A stretch of 55,023 bases of DNA from Candidatus Woesearchaeota archaeon (GTDB lineage: Archaea; Nanobdellota; Nanobdellia; SCGC-AAA011-G17; GW2011-AR20): the NCBI GenBank assembly GCA_018302465.1, contig JAGVZQ010000004.1, forward strand, positions 1 to 55,023, given 5' to 3'. Position 1 is the stretch's first letter. Every line of letters starts with the position of its first letter. The position numbers and the translations under genes were made by a program. Of this stretch, positions 28,154 through 38,243 are shown piece by piece. Under the pieces are notes generated by a model. It did no database searches. It was not told the origin of the DNA and saw only the letters and a list, made by a program, of their open reading frames with translations.

Positions 28154-28427
28154 GCGGCATCTTCTCCAAAATATCATCTAATAATTCTCCAGTATTATCC
28201 TGACAGTGTATTGGGATTAAATTTATTTCCATAACGTGCTTATATATATTTGATTGAAATTCATATTCATTTCCGTTTTTTTCCAGGACAATTTGCAAAA
28301 ATACCGGTATATCTTTTTCTGACAATTCCGGAAAAGACTTGATTTTTATTTTGTTCTCACTAAATGAGTCTTTTAACTTCTTTTTCAATACTTCAAAATT
28401 TCTAAACTTAATTGTCTTGTAAGCCAT
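28146..28427 (-). CDS. Hypothetical protein inserted between gatA and gatB
   Basis: Overlaps both neighbours; ATG at 28427. Confidence 0.6.
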   Translation of the reverse strand: MAYKTIKFRNFEVLKKKLKDSFSENKIKIKSFPELSEKDIPVFLQIVLEKNGNEYEFQSNIYKHVMEINLIPIHCQDNTGELLDDILEKMPRD

Positions 28428-29775
28428 TTCCGATATTGAACAGTTTTTTTTCATTCAAATAATCTCCCATGAACATTATCCCCACAGGCATTTTATTGTA
28501 AGTTCCAGCATTCAATGAAATATGTGGAATACCTGCTAAATTTGGTCCAACAGTCATTATATCCATCATATAATGATCCTTTGGTTTTAATTTATTGACT
28601 TCAGAAAATTTAGGTGCAATTATCGGCATCGTCGGAGAAACAAGTAAGTCATATTTCTTAAAAGTTTTTTTATATTCTTCTATAACTAGAGTTCTCACTT
28701 TCATAGCTTTCAAGTAAAATGCATCCCTATACCCAGCCATTCTTGTAAATGTTCCAAGGATTATCCTTCTTTTAATTTCCTTGTTAAAATTTTTTGTTCT
28801 TATATTTGAAAAATATTCATTGAAAGGAAGGTTCACTTTCTCTTCCTGCCCATATCTCATGCCGCAATATTTAGCCAAGTTTGTTGATGCCTCAGCCATT
28901 GCAATAATATAATATGAAGATAAAGAGGATTTTGTTATAGTAGGTAATGATACAATATCATATTTTATTCCTGTTTCATTTAATTTTTTTAAGACTAAGT
29001 CTTTTATTTTAGGATCAACATTTAAAGTTTCTTTGATCAATCCAATCTTTTTAACTTTGTTATCATTCTTTAAATCCTCATTTAATGAAGTTGAATCTTT
29101 TTTATCATTACCTTTAATAACATCTAAAACTAGTTCCAAATCTTCAACATTCTTGGCAATAGGCCCTATCTTATCAAGAGAATTTGCATAATCAATTAAA
29201 CCATACCTTGAAACTAAACCATATGTCGGAGTCATTCCTGTAACCCCGCAAAATGAGCATGGAGCTGCAATACTCCCCCCTGTAGATTCTCCTATTGCAA
29301 CATGAGGAAATTTAGTTAAAGCGGTAAACCCTGCAGCTCCTCCAGAACTACCCCCTGTAACTCTTGTTGTATCTAAGGGGTTTTTAGGAATTTTATAATC
29401 TGTATTTACATTAAAAGAACCAAAACCAAATGTATCTTGGTTTGTTTTTCCTATGATAACAGCACCTTCATTAATAAGTTTTTCAACAACACTAGCATTA
29501 AATGTTGGCTTATACCCTTTTAATATATTAGAACTGCACGTAGTCTCAACTCCTTTGATGCATAAATCATCTTTCAAAGAAACAGGCAGTCCCGCTAATC
29601 TCCCCTTTGGATTTTTATCTGCTCTCTCTGCTAATTCTAATGCCAAACTCTCACTTATAGTATTAAAATAATTGTAATCATTTAATTTTTTAATTTCTTT
29701 TATAACGGCTTTTGTAGTTTCTACTGCTGAAAGTTCTCCAGATTTTATTTTTTCAACATATTCTACAGCTTTCAT
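28408..29775 (-). CDS. gatA: Amidotransferase subunit A
   Basis: KD, GGSSGG, ESTGGSI amidase signature, KRRIILG. Confidence 0.95.
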   Translation of the reverse strand: MKAVEYVEKIKSGELSAVETTKAVIKEIKKLNDYNYFNTISESLALELAERADKNPKGRLAGLPVSLKDDLCIKGVETTCSSNILKGYKPTFNASVVEKLINEGAVIIGKTNQDTFGFGSFNVNTDYKIPKNPLDTTRVTGGSSGGAAGFTALTKFPHVAIGESTGGSIAAPCSFCGVTGMTPTYGLVSRYGLIDYANSLDKIGPIAKNVEDLELVLDVIKGNDKKDSTSLNEDLKNDNKVKKIGLIKETLNVDPKIKDLVLKKLNETGIKYDIVSLPTITKSSLSSYYIIAMAEASTNLAKYCGMRYGQEEKVNLPFNEYFSNIRTKNFNKEIKRRIILGTFTRMAGYRDAFYLKAMKVRTLVIEEYKKTFKKYDLLVSPTMPIIAPKFSEVNKLKPKDHYMMDIMTVGPNLAGIPHISLNAGTYNKMPVGIMFMGDYLNEKKLFNIGNGLQDN

Positions 29776-30050
29776 ATTGCCTTAGGCCCTCTAAAATATC
29801 TGTCTTCCTTATTTTTAGTATTGCTCAGCATATCTTCATTACACTTCTCAGTTTTATCTTCTCTGAAAACATTCTTAGCTTTTAATGGTTGAAAAGAAGG
29901 TTCAACTTTATCAGTTTTAACTTTATCAAGCTCTGAAAATATCTCAAGAATTTCATTTAATTGAGGCAGTAATTCATCCTCTTCTTTTTTAGATAATCTC
30001 AATCTTGCATTAGAAGCAACACCCTGAAGGATGTTTCTGTCAATTTTCAT
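29772..30050 (-). CDS. gatC: Amidotransferase subunit C
   Basis: A..ARL, FRED, YFRGPK. Confidence 0.9.
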   Translation of the reverse strand: MKIDRNILQGVASNARLRLSKKEEDELLPQLNEILEIFSELDKVKTDKVEPSFQPLKAKNVFREDKTEKCNEDMLSNTKNKEDRYFRGPKAI

Positions 30051-30083
30051 AAATAAAGGTACGCAGAAAGAATTTTTAAAGGT

Positions 30084-30746
30084 TTAGGCTGTCCTGTACA
30101 ACCTTCTTATTTCTTCCATTATATCATGGGTCACTTTTTTAGTGATCTTTCTGTTTTCATCCTGTCCCTTATACTTATTGAAATACATTAGTTCGCCTAT
30201 GTTAATCTTAACTCTCTGCATTTTCTTAAAAAACCTCTTTCCTTTAGGCATTATACCGAATGAGTTGGTTATGGCAACAGGGAGAACAGGATACCCAGAT
30301 TTTATAGCAATTCTCGCAGCACCTGTATGTTCTCTTATTATTTTCCTCCCATCATCTATTGTTCCTTCTGGAAATATCGCAACTAACCTTCCTTCTTCCA
30401 GGAATTTAACAGAATTGTTAACAACAAGACTGCTTTTCCCATAAATAACACAAATCTGATCAAGATACTTCATTACAAATCTTGACCTTGTGGGAGACCT
30501 AAACAAACCCTCATGTGCTAAAAAATGAAGGCTTCTGTGGGTTAAAGAGCATAAAAAAAGCGGATCTGTATTATCTTCATGATTGCTGGCAAGAATAAAA
30601 GCGCCTTTCTTTGGGAAGTTTTCTTTGTTCTTTATCTCCGGATTATAAATAATTCTTAATATAAAAAAATTTATAGACCAGAGTAAGTTATATACTACAA
30701 ATCTGATTGGAATATTTAAGACATGTAAAATCCTTTTCAAGAACAT
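30084..30746 (-). CDS. Lysophospholipid acyltransferase (PlsC-like)
   Basis: NHxxxxD, FPEGT, PVLPVAI. Confidence 0.9.
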   Translation of the reverse strand: MFLKRILHVLNIPIRFVVYNLLWSINFFILRIIYNPEIKNKENFPKKGAFILASNHEDNTDPLFLCSLTHRSLHFLAHEGLFRSPTRSRFVMKYLDQICVIYGKSSLVVNNSVKFLEEGRLVAIFPEGTIDDGRKIIREHTGAARIAIKSGYPVLPVAITNSFGIMPKGKRFFKKMQRVKINIGELMYFNKYKGQDENRKITKKVTHDIMEEIRRLYRTA

Positions 30747-30750
30747 TTTC

Positions 30751-32517
30751 CTATTTTTTCTTTGTATCGAGCTTTATATTTGCTTCTCTTAATTGCTTCT
30801 CATCCACTTCAGCAGGACTTCCATCCATAGGGCACTGTGCACTCTTATTTTTAGGGAAAGCTATTACTTCTCTGATATCATTTCCTCCTAATAACAGAGC
30901 TACAAATCTATCAAACCCTAACCCCATTCCTCCATGAACAGGCCCTGCATATTCATATGCTTCCAATAAAAAGCCGAATTTTTTCCTAGCCTCTTCTTTT
31001 TTCATTCCTATAATTTTCATTACTCTCTCCTGAACATCTGGTCTGCTAATCCTTATTGAACCAGAGCCAACTTCAGTTCCGTTTAATACCAAATCAAAAA
31101 GATTTCCTAAAACTTTTCCGGGGTTAGATTCCAATATCTCAAGATGTTCTTCTTTTGGCATCGTAAACATATGGTGTTCTGGTTCCCACCTCTGCTCATC
31201 TTCATTATATGAAAATAGAGGAAAATCAGTTACCCAGCAAAACCTTAATTCATCCTTTATCAACGCTAAATCTCTTCCTAATTTTAACCTTAGTTCTGAC
31301 AATACGCTATTTACAGTTTTTTCTTTGTCTGCTACAAAAAATAAATATCCTTTCTTTATCTTAGTTTTATTAATCAATTCTTTCTTATCTTTATCAGAAA
31401 AGAATTTTACAATATTTGATTCAAACTTCCCCTTTTCATATTTTAAATAAGCCATTCCCTTAGCCCCAGCAGAAACGCAGAAGTTTGAATATGCATCCAG
31501 TTCATTTCTTGTAAACTCTTTTTCCGGATTAATACATTTAACAATTCCCCCATTCTTTATAACATCATTAAAAACGGAAAAATTACCCTTCTTTACTATC
31601 TCAGTAACATCATGTAATTCCAATCCAAATCTTAAATCTGGTTTATCATTGCCGTATTTTTCCTTAGATTCTTTGTAAGATAAAATGGGGAAATCTCCAA
31701 CATTTTTGTTTACAGCTTGTTTAATAACATATTTGAACATGCCTTCAACAAATCCCATAATGTCCTTTTCATTGACAAAAGACATTTCCAAATCCACCTG
31801 AGAATGCTCAGGTTGTCTATCCGCTCTTAAATCTTCATCTCTCAAACAGATAGCAGGCAGTTGAAAATACCTGTCAAATCCAGCAATCATCAAAATTTGT
31901 TTATACAGCTGAGGAGATTGAGGCAGTGCATAAAAACTCCCAGGGTTTACTCTTGATGGAACAATATAATCCCTTGCTCCTTCAGGTGTTGGTTTTACTA
32001 GCATAGGAGTTTGAATTTCTGCAAAACCGTTTTTATTAAAGTATTCCCTCACAACATTAATAACTTTTTGCCTGAATAATAAATTCCTCTGCATTATTGG
32101 TCTTCTTAAATCTAGATATCTATATTTTAATCTGATTTCTTCAGAAGCAACAATATTATCATCTATTTCTATAGGTGGAACTTCTGATTTTGAAAAAACA
32201 TGAAGTTTATCAGAAAAAATTTCAATCTTTCCTGTAGCTAATCTCTTATTTTCCATTCCTTTTTTTCTTTTCTTTACTTTCCCCTCTACCTGTATACAAT
32301 CCTCCCTTCTCAAGAATTCAGCACTTTTATGGGATTCTTTATTATGTTTTGGGTCAAAAACTATTTGTGTAATTCCATATCTATCCCTTAAATCTATGAA
32401 AATAATGCCCCCATGATCCCTTCTGGTAGCAACCCAGCCACATAAAGTAACCTTCTTATTGAACTCCTTAGTTGAAAGATCCCCGCAAGTGTGTGTTCTC
32501 AATGAAGTTGGAAACAT
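30751..32517 (-). CDS. aspS: Bacterial-type aspartyl-tRNA synthetase (likely non-discriminating)
   Basis: RTHTCG, RDHGG, TPEGARDY, LPQSPQLYKQ, RDEDLRADRQPE, GAD insert, HHMFT; ATG at 32517. Confidence 0.95.
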   Translation of the reverse strand: MFPTSLRTHTCGDLSTKEFNKKVTLCGWVATRRDHGGIIFIDLRDRYGITQIVFDPKHNKESHKSAEFLRREDCIQVEGKVKKRKKGMENKRLATGKIEIFSDKLHVFSKSEVPPIEIDDNIVASEEIRLKYRYLDLRRPIMQRNLLFRQKVINVVREYFNKNGFAEIQTPMLVKPTPEGARDYIVPSRVNPGSFYALPQSPQLYKQILMIAGFDRYFQLPAICLRDEDLRADRQPEHSQVDLEMSFVNEKDIMGFVEGMFKYVIKQAVNKNVGDFPILSYKESKEKYGNDKPDLRFGLELHDVTEIVKKGNFSVFNDVIKNGGIVKCINPEKEFTRNELDAYSNFCVSAGAKGMAYLKYEKGKFESNIVKFFSDKDKKELINKTKIKKGYLFFVADKEKTVNSVLSELRLKLGRDLALIKDELRFCWVTDFPLFSYNEDEQRWEPEHHMFTMPKEEHLEILESNPGKVLGNLFDLVLNGTEVGSGSIRISRPDVQERVMKIIGMKKEEARKKFGFLLEAYEYAGPVHGGMGLGFDRFVALLLGGNDIREVIAFPKNKSAQCPMDGSPAEVDEKQLREANIKLDTKKK

Positions 32518-32526
32518 AATGAAAGG

Positions 32527-33192
32527 ATGAAATTCAATTTTATAAGCTTTTTTATTAATTATTATGAGGTGCTTAGATATAAATCCCACAGAAAAGAAGA
32601 TGCAAAATCTCTAAAAGAAAGGTTAACTGGATTGAGGGGAGTTAATGGAAATGAATTCCATGATTTAGTAGGGAATGCACTTCTGGAATTTATGGGGTTT
32701 AAACAGGAAGAAAGTGATAGAGGAGAAAAGGTTGAGCATTTATTATTTTACGATTTTAAATTAAAAGTTAAGAGCCCCGTAAATGAACCAAGCTATATTG
32801 GAGAAAATGGATTTGTTCAAAGAAGAGTAAATTTCACAAACCCAACATTAAAAGCAAGAGCAAGAGTATGTACATTCTATATCGGAAAAATGAGTTTTAG
32901 AAATGGAAGAGGAATATTTGGCCTAATAAACATAAACCATGATTATGGCAAAGATGTAGGAATTTTAAGAGTAGAACATGTTATAGAAGAAATAACAACT
33001 AGACCAGAAATGAAAATAGGAACAAAAGAAAACAGGTTTAGAATTATGGGGGAAGCGTTGGAGGAAATTATAAGAAAAAAAACAATTGCATTAGGTTACA
33101 GAGAAGAAGGGGAAGAAGGTAAAAAAGTAGTAAAATTTAAATCCCTCTATGTAAGCCCTTCATATATAACTGGTTTAATCCCAAATGTTTAA
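32527..33192 (+). CDS. Hypothetical protein
   Basis: Open frame coupled to tgt; start uncertain. Confidence 0.6.
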   Translation: MKFNFISFFINYYEVLRYKSHRKEDAKSLKERLTGLRGVNGNEFHDLVGNALLEFMGFKQEESDRGEKVEHLLFYDFKLKVKSPVNEPSYIGENGFVQRRVNFTNPTLKARARVCTFYIGKMSFRNGRGIFGLININHDYGKDVGILRVEHVIEEITTRPEMKIGTKENRFRIMGEALEEIIRKKTIALGYREEGEEGKKVVKFKSLYVSPSYITGLIPNV

Positions 33193-34282
33193 AATAATCT
33201 CAACTTCAAAAAATGCACGCCTTGGAATATTAAAAACAAGGCATGGAGAAGTAGAAACACCTTTCTTTATGCCCGTAGCAACTAAATTAGCAGTTAAATT
33301 AATATCCCCAAATGATTTAGAAAAAATAGGGTTAAAATCCATAATATCAAATGCATTTATTCTTTACCTAGATCCTGGTTTAAACACAATAAAAAAAGCA
33401 AAAGGGGTCCATAAATTTATGAACTATAATAACGTGATATTTACTGATTCCGGTGGTTTCCAGATGGCTTCTAAAGCATTTCTTGAATCAATAGATGAAA
33501 AAGGAGTCCATTTTAGATCTCCAATAGATAACAGCAAGCATTTCATAACTCCAGAAAAAAATATGGAAATTCAGCAGCAGTTAAAATCTGATATTGCAAT
33601 GGTTCTTGATTACATGCCTAAATTTGAAGACAAAAGAGAATGCATAGAAGAGAGTGTAAAGATAACTTATGAATGGGCGAAAAGATGTAAAAAATCTCAC
33701 AAAGATAAAAATCAATTATTATTCGGAATTACACAAGGCGGTACTTTTACTGATCTAAGAAAGAAAAGTTCAGAATTGATATGCAGTCTGGACTTTGACG
33801 GTTATGCCATTGGTGGTTTAGGTATGGGAGAAGGTCCCGATTTATTAGATAAAGCTGTTAAGAATTCTGTTAAATTCATGCCAAAAAACAAACCCAGATA
33901 CTTAATGGGTATTGGAAGTGTAAGAGATATAGTAAGAGCAATCGGGAATGGAGTTGATATATTTGACAGTTGTTATGTTACTAGACATTCAAGACATCAT
34001 GTTGTTTTTACAAAAAAAGGAGAGATAAGAATTAACAAGCAAAAATTCAGAAATGATTTTACTCCTTTAGATAAAAATTGTAAATGTGACACATGTAAAA
34101 GATATACAAAAGCTTATATTTATCATTTAATTAAGATAAATGAATTAACATGGAAAAGATTGGTTACATGGCACAATTTGTATTTTGTGAAAAATCTAAT
34201 AGATGAAGTAAAAAAAAGTATAAAAGAAGATAAATTTGAAAAGTTCAAAAAAGAATTTTTAAAAAATTACAAAGTAAAATGA
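33185..34282 (+). CDS. tgt: tRNA-guanine transglycosylase, bacterial-size single domain
   Basis: ETPFFMPV, TDSGGFQ, QGG, KPRYLMG, GVDIFD, CxCxxC...H. Confidence 0.9.
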   Translation: MFKIISTSKNARLGILKTRHGEVETPFFMPVATKLAVKLISPNDLEKIGLKSIISNAFILYLDPGLNTIKKAKGVHKFMNYNNVIFTDSGGFQMASKAFLESIDEKGVHFRSPIDNSKHFITPEKNMEIQQQLKSDIAMVLDYMPKFEDKRECIEESVKITYEWAKRCKKSHKDKNQLLFGITQGGTFTDLRKKSSELICSLDFDGYAIGGLGMGEGPDLLDKAVKNSVKFMPKNKPRYLMGIGSVRDIVRAIGNGVDIFDSCYVTRHSRHHVVFTKKGEIRINKQKFRNDFTPLDKNCKCDTCKRYTKAYIYHLIKINELTWKRLVTWHNLYFVKNLIDEVKKSIKEDKFEKFKKEFLKNYKVK

Positions 34283-34800
34283 AGACCAAAATAATATTTG
34301 TTTGTAAGGGAAATATGCATCGGTCGCCAATTGCAGAAAGAATTTTCAGAAAAGAATTAGAAAGGAGAGGTTACACTTCTATAGATGTGGATTCCTACGG
34401 ATTACATGGATTTATACTTCCGCCCCCTAAAGGTAAATGTTTAAAGGATTACCCTACAGAATATAAACTGTCCAAACCACATTTAGACAGAAAAGGTATA
34501 AATATGGAAGACCATCTGTCCAAACCACTAACGGAAGAGGTTCTAAAAAGAGCAAATTTAATAATTACAATGCACCCAGATGTAAACAAATTATTGCTTG
34601 AAAAGTATCCTCAATTCGAAAATAAAACTTTCCTAATAACAAGTTTGTGTTCAAAAAACATAACTCTTAAAGATGTTGATGGCTCAAAAAATCCAAAAGT
34701 ATACGAAGAAACTATAAACAACACAGAATTATGTGTATTAGAATCTTTTAACAAAATAATAAAATTGAGCAAAAAAAATGAAATTCCAAAAACAAGCTAA
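34279..34800 (+). CDS. Low-molecular-weight protein phosphatase family
   Basis: FVCKGNMHRSPIAE P-loop. Confidence 0.85.
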   Translation: MKTKIIFVCKGNMHRSPIAERIFRKELERRGYTSIDVDSYGLHGFILPPPKGKCLKDYPTEYKLSKPHLDRKGINMEDHLSKPLTEEVLKRANLIITMHPDVNKLLLEKYPQFENKTFLITSLCSKNITLKDVDGSKNPKVYEETINNTELCVLESFNKIIKLSKKNEIPKTS

Positions 34801-35713
34801 AATAATATTGAATAATTGTTTAAATATAAACAAAAAAGATAGGGTTCTCATTATAACAGATAAAAAAAGAAGAGAAATAGGTGAAGCAATAAAAAAAGAA
34901 GCAAAAAACATTGCAATTGTTGCTGATTTAGTTCTAATTCCAATACCAAAAGTTAGTGGAACAGAACCCCCTGAAGAAGTTGCTAAAAAAATGTTAAACT
35001 ACACTGTTATTCTAGCTCCAACAACAGAAAGCATTACTCATACATATTCAGTTAAAAATGCAGTTAAAAATGGGGCAAGAGTAGCCACACTCCCAGGAAT
35101 AAATGAAAAAATAATGAAGCAGAGTATGCTTGCAAATTATGATAAAGTAGAGGAATTAACAAATAAAGTTTTTAAAAAAGTAAACGGCTGCACTAATATA
35201 TCAATAACCACACATTCAGGAACAGAATTGTCTTTTTCTGTAAAGGGAAGAAAATGGTTCTTAGATAGGGGGAAAATTTTCAAGTACTCAGGTAATCTTC
35301 CTGGTGGAGAGGTTTTCATTGCCCCACTAGAAGGGACTACAAATGGAGTAATAGTAATAGATAAATTCGAGCATGATGGAGAAGAATTTGCTCCCCCAGG
35401 AACTAAAATAATAATAAAAGGAGGAAACGTAATTGATATCTCCAACAAAAAATGCAAAATAGCTAAACTATTCAAGGAAATAAAGGATGGAACAAATATT
35501 GCAGAATTTGGCATTGGAACAAATTACAAAGCTAAGTTAATTGGAAACATTTTACAAGATGAGAAATGTCTAAAAACCTGCCATATTGCTTTTGGCTCTA
35601 ATTTTAGCATGGGTGGAAAGATAAAAACAGATATGCACATAGACACAGTTTTAAAAAATCCAACAATAAAAATGGATAGAAAAACTATAATGAAAAGTGG
35701 AGAATTAGTTTAA
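34778..35713 (+). CDS. M29-like aminopeptidase
   Basis: NLPGGEVF, IAEFGIG.N, DEK...HIAFG, HID. Confidence 0.85.
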   Translation: MKFQKQAKIILNNCLNINKKDRVLIITDKKRREIGEAIKKEAKNIAIVADLVLIPIPKVSGTEPPEEVAKKMLNYTVILAPTTESITHTYSVKNAVKNGARVATLPGINEKIMKQSMLANYDKVEELTNKVFKKVNGCTNISITTHSGTELSFSVKGRKWFLDRGKIFKYSGNLPGGEVFIAPLEGTTNGVIVIDKFEHDGEEFAPPGTKIIIKGGNVIDISNKKCKIAKLFKEIKDGTNIAEFGIGTNYKAKLIGNILQDEKCLKTCHIAFGSNFSMGGKIKTDMHIDTVLKNPTIKMDRKTIMKSGELV

Positions 35714-36201
35714 TCTAACTTACTCCATTCTATTGTCTCTTCTCCTTTTAACACCCTATCCAGCATCTCCAATTCTTCATAAATTCCTTCAATCAAATCA
35801 TAATTCTTAGCTTCTTCTAAATTAACCCATTTATAATCAGATAATTCATCAGATAAAACAATTTCATCCCCATCATTATAAGCATATAAACTTACAATCA
35901 AAGTAGGTACCCCATCCTCTCTTTCAAAAGCTAAGCTTGTTAAATATCTTATATTTTTAATATCTAATCCCACCTCTTCTTTAACCTCTCTCTTAACTAA
36001 GTTTTCAAAAACATTGTACCAATGACCTTCTTTTGTGTCTTTAGGTCTTCTTTTATATTCTCCCTTCTCTAATTTGCCTCCAGGAACTGTCCATCTTCCA
36101 GACCATCTTTTTTCCTGTTCAGATCTTTTAGCAATTAAAAATTTACCATCTCTAACAACTATGCATGTTGCTACAATATAATGTGCTTTCTCTGAATCCA
36201 T
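35710..36201 (-). CDS. NUDIX hydrolase
   Basis: PGG...REVKEEVGL. Confidence 0.9.
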   Translation of the reverse strand: MDSEKAHYIVATCIVVRDGKFLIAKRSEQEKRWSGRWTVPGGKLEKGEYKRRPKDTKEGHWYNVFENLVKREVKEEVGLDIKNIRYLTSLAFEREDGVPTLIVSLYAYNDGDEIVLSDELSDYKWVNLEEAKNYDLIEGIYEELEMLDRVLKGEETIEWSKLD

Positions 36202-36233
36202 AAAACTATAAAATTAAAAAAAAATATAAATCT

Positions 36234-37823
36234 TTAGTTTCCAACAAACTGCTCTGCAAAGTATTTAGATGTCAAAGGCTCTTCTAAAGCATGCTCTATA
36301 CATTCATCCCATTTGTAAACACAACCAAGAGAAAATAAATTCTTCTTCAAAAATTTTCCAATTTCCTTATTCCCAGAATAATCAAAATTTTTCAAAGAGA
36401 TTTGTTTTAAAATATTCTTAACAATATATCCATGTATCTGTGATGCCAACATTTCTCCTAGCATATAATTATGATAATAAACAGGAGCTCCAACTAAATG
36501 AATTTTAGCAGCCCAATCTGGCTTATCTCTTGAAAAGTTAATCAATTGATATTTCTTGGTCAAATCCCACCACAACTTGTTCAAATCTTGGTCAGGGTTC
36601 TCATATAATTGTCTTTCAAAATTAACCATAACCTGTACCCATCTGGAAAATACAAGCTGTCCTAATACCATTTTTTTATATAAAACATCAGAAAGATTAC
36701 TTAAGTCATTATTAGTATACTTCTTAATAAAATTAACATTATCAGCGAATCTGCCAAACAGCATAGCTATAGCCTCTGTTACAAAAGTATGTGCTTCATC
36801 TCTTAAAATATAAGGCAAATTCTTGTCCAAATTTTTAGAATAGACAGCATGACCCAGCTCATGTAAAGTAGTTCCCATCCAATAATCATTATTTTTTACA
36901 TTCTGTAATATTCTTACATCTCCTTCCTTGTCCATATCTATGCAAAAAGCATGCTGGCACTTTCCTTTTTGCTCGTACAAAGAAGATCTTTCAAGAATAT
37001 CTTCAACCTCAAGTCCAATATCATGGTAAAACTTCTTAGCTGTTTTTACCACATCTCCACTAAAGTATTTATCTAAGTCTACATCATAAATCTGAGGTCC
37101 TTGCTGAAAAAATAATTCCTGATAATGCCATGGCTTCAAATCTTTCTTGTTAATCTTATACCTCTTGGCAAGGTAAACATCCATTTCATTTTTAAGTTTA
37201 GAAAAAGGTTCTCTTGTTAAATTATCAAGCTCATTAAATAGTTTAATGATGTCTTTCTTGCTTTGCTCCTGCATTTCCAGGGCCATTTCATAATAATCAC
37301 TAAAGCCCAGACTCTTTGCTAATTTGTTCCTTAATTTAATAATAACAATCAATTCCTCAACCACAATCTCTGCTTGTCTCTTACTTGCTTCCCAAGCTCC
37401 TTGTAATTTTTTTGAATCAGTTTCTTTTTTTAACAATTCTTTAATCTCATTGTCAGTCATCTCTTTATTTCCTACTTTAGCCCTAAACTTGTTAAACTTC
37501 TGCTCTATTTTGTTTTCTCTCTCTGTCAATTCATGCAACAATTTTATATCTCCCTGGCAACTTAAGAAATCATCATACAGCAGTTTTACCTGCCTCTTTA
37601 AAAAAACATCTTTAATCTTAGACTCATTAAATCCCTTTACTATTTCAAAATCTTTTTTATTATTGTAAATTTCCTGTAATTGTTTAGAAAGTTTCTCTGT
37701 TTCTTTGTAGTACTTATCTTCTCCAGTAACTTGAGCATTCCAGTAAGAAGCCCGTAATCTTTTAGATAACTTTTTTGTCTTATCAACATGATTTTCAATA
37801 AACTGCTTAATCTCTTCTGTCAT
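36234..37823 (-). CDS. M2/M3-family metallopeptidase
   Basis: HELGH, EAIA, H...PVYYHNY. Confidence 0.9.
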   Translation of the reverse strand: MTEEIKQFIENHVDKTKKLSKRLRASYWNAQVTGEDKYYKETEKLSKQLQEIYNNKKDFEIVKGFNESKIKDVFLKRQVKLLYDDFLSCQGDIKLLHELTERENKIEQKFNKFRAKVGNKEMTDNEIKELLKKETDSKKLQGAWEASKRQAEIVVEELIVIIKLRNKLAKSLGFSDYYEMALEMQEQSKKDIIKLFNELDNLTREPFSKLKNEMDVYLAKRYKINKKDLKPWHYQELFFQQGPQIYDVDLDKYFSGDVVKTAKKFYHDIGLEVEDILERSSLYEQKGKCQHAFCIDMDKEGDVRILQNVKNNDYWMGTTLHELGHAVYSKNLDKNLPYILRDEAHTFVTEAIAMLFGRFADNVNFIKKYTNNDLSNLSDVLYKKMVLGQLVFSRWVQVMVNFERQLYENPDQDLNKLWWDLTKKYQLINFSRDKPDWAAKIHLVGAPVYYHNYMLGEMLASQIHGYIVKNILKQISLKNFDYSGNKEIGKFLKKNLFSLGCVYKWDECIEHALEEPLTSKYFAEQFVGN

Positions 37824-37875
37824 AGCTCCTAAAAATCATAATAAACTATATAAATTTATTCAAGATTAAGAAGGT

Positions 37876-38208
37876 ATGGCAGTAACAATAAAAGTACACT
37901 ACTATGGAGAACTTTATGTCGTACAACAAGCCAGATGCTTGGGAGGAGGCGTGTGTTTAAGATTCCATGGAAAGATAACAAAACTAGAAGAATTAGGAAT
38001 ACTGTTAGCGGAAGATGTGGCGTTCTATTGGAGGCAAGTATTTAACAGAATTAATATGGACTACGTCAACGGCCATAGCACTTCATGGAACAATTTTCCT
38101 GAATCAAGTTATGTACAAGAACCTTTAACTACAAGAGAAGAAGCCATCGTACAAGAAGTAGTGCACGCTAGACTAAGAGAAATAGCAGATCTAACAAAGA
38201 GATATTAG
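37876..38208 (+). CDS. Hypothetical protein
   Basis: 110-aa ORF with ATG downstream of a TATA-like element. Confidence 0.6.
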   Translation: MAVTIKVHYYGELYVVQQARCLGGGVCLRFHGKITKLEELGILLAEDVAFYWRQVFNRINMDYVNGHSTSWNNFPESSYVQEPLTTREEAIVQEVVHARLREIADLTKRY

Positions 38209-38243
38209 TAACATATTTAAACAAATTAAACCTATTTCTCATT

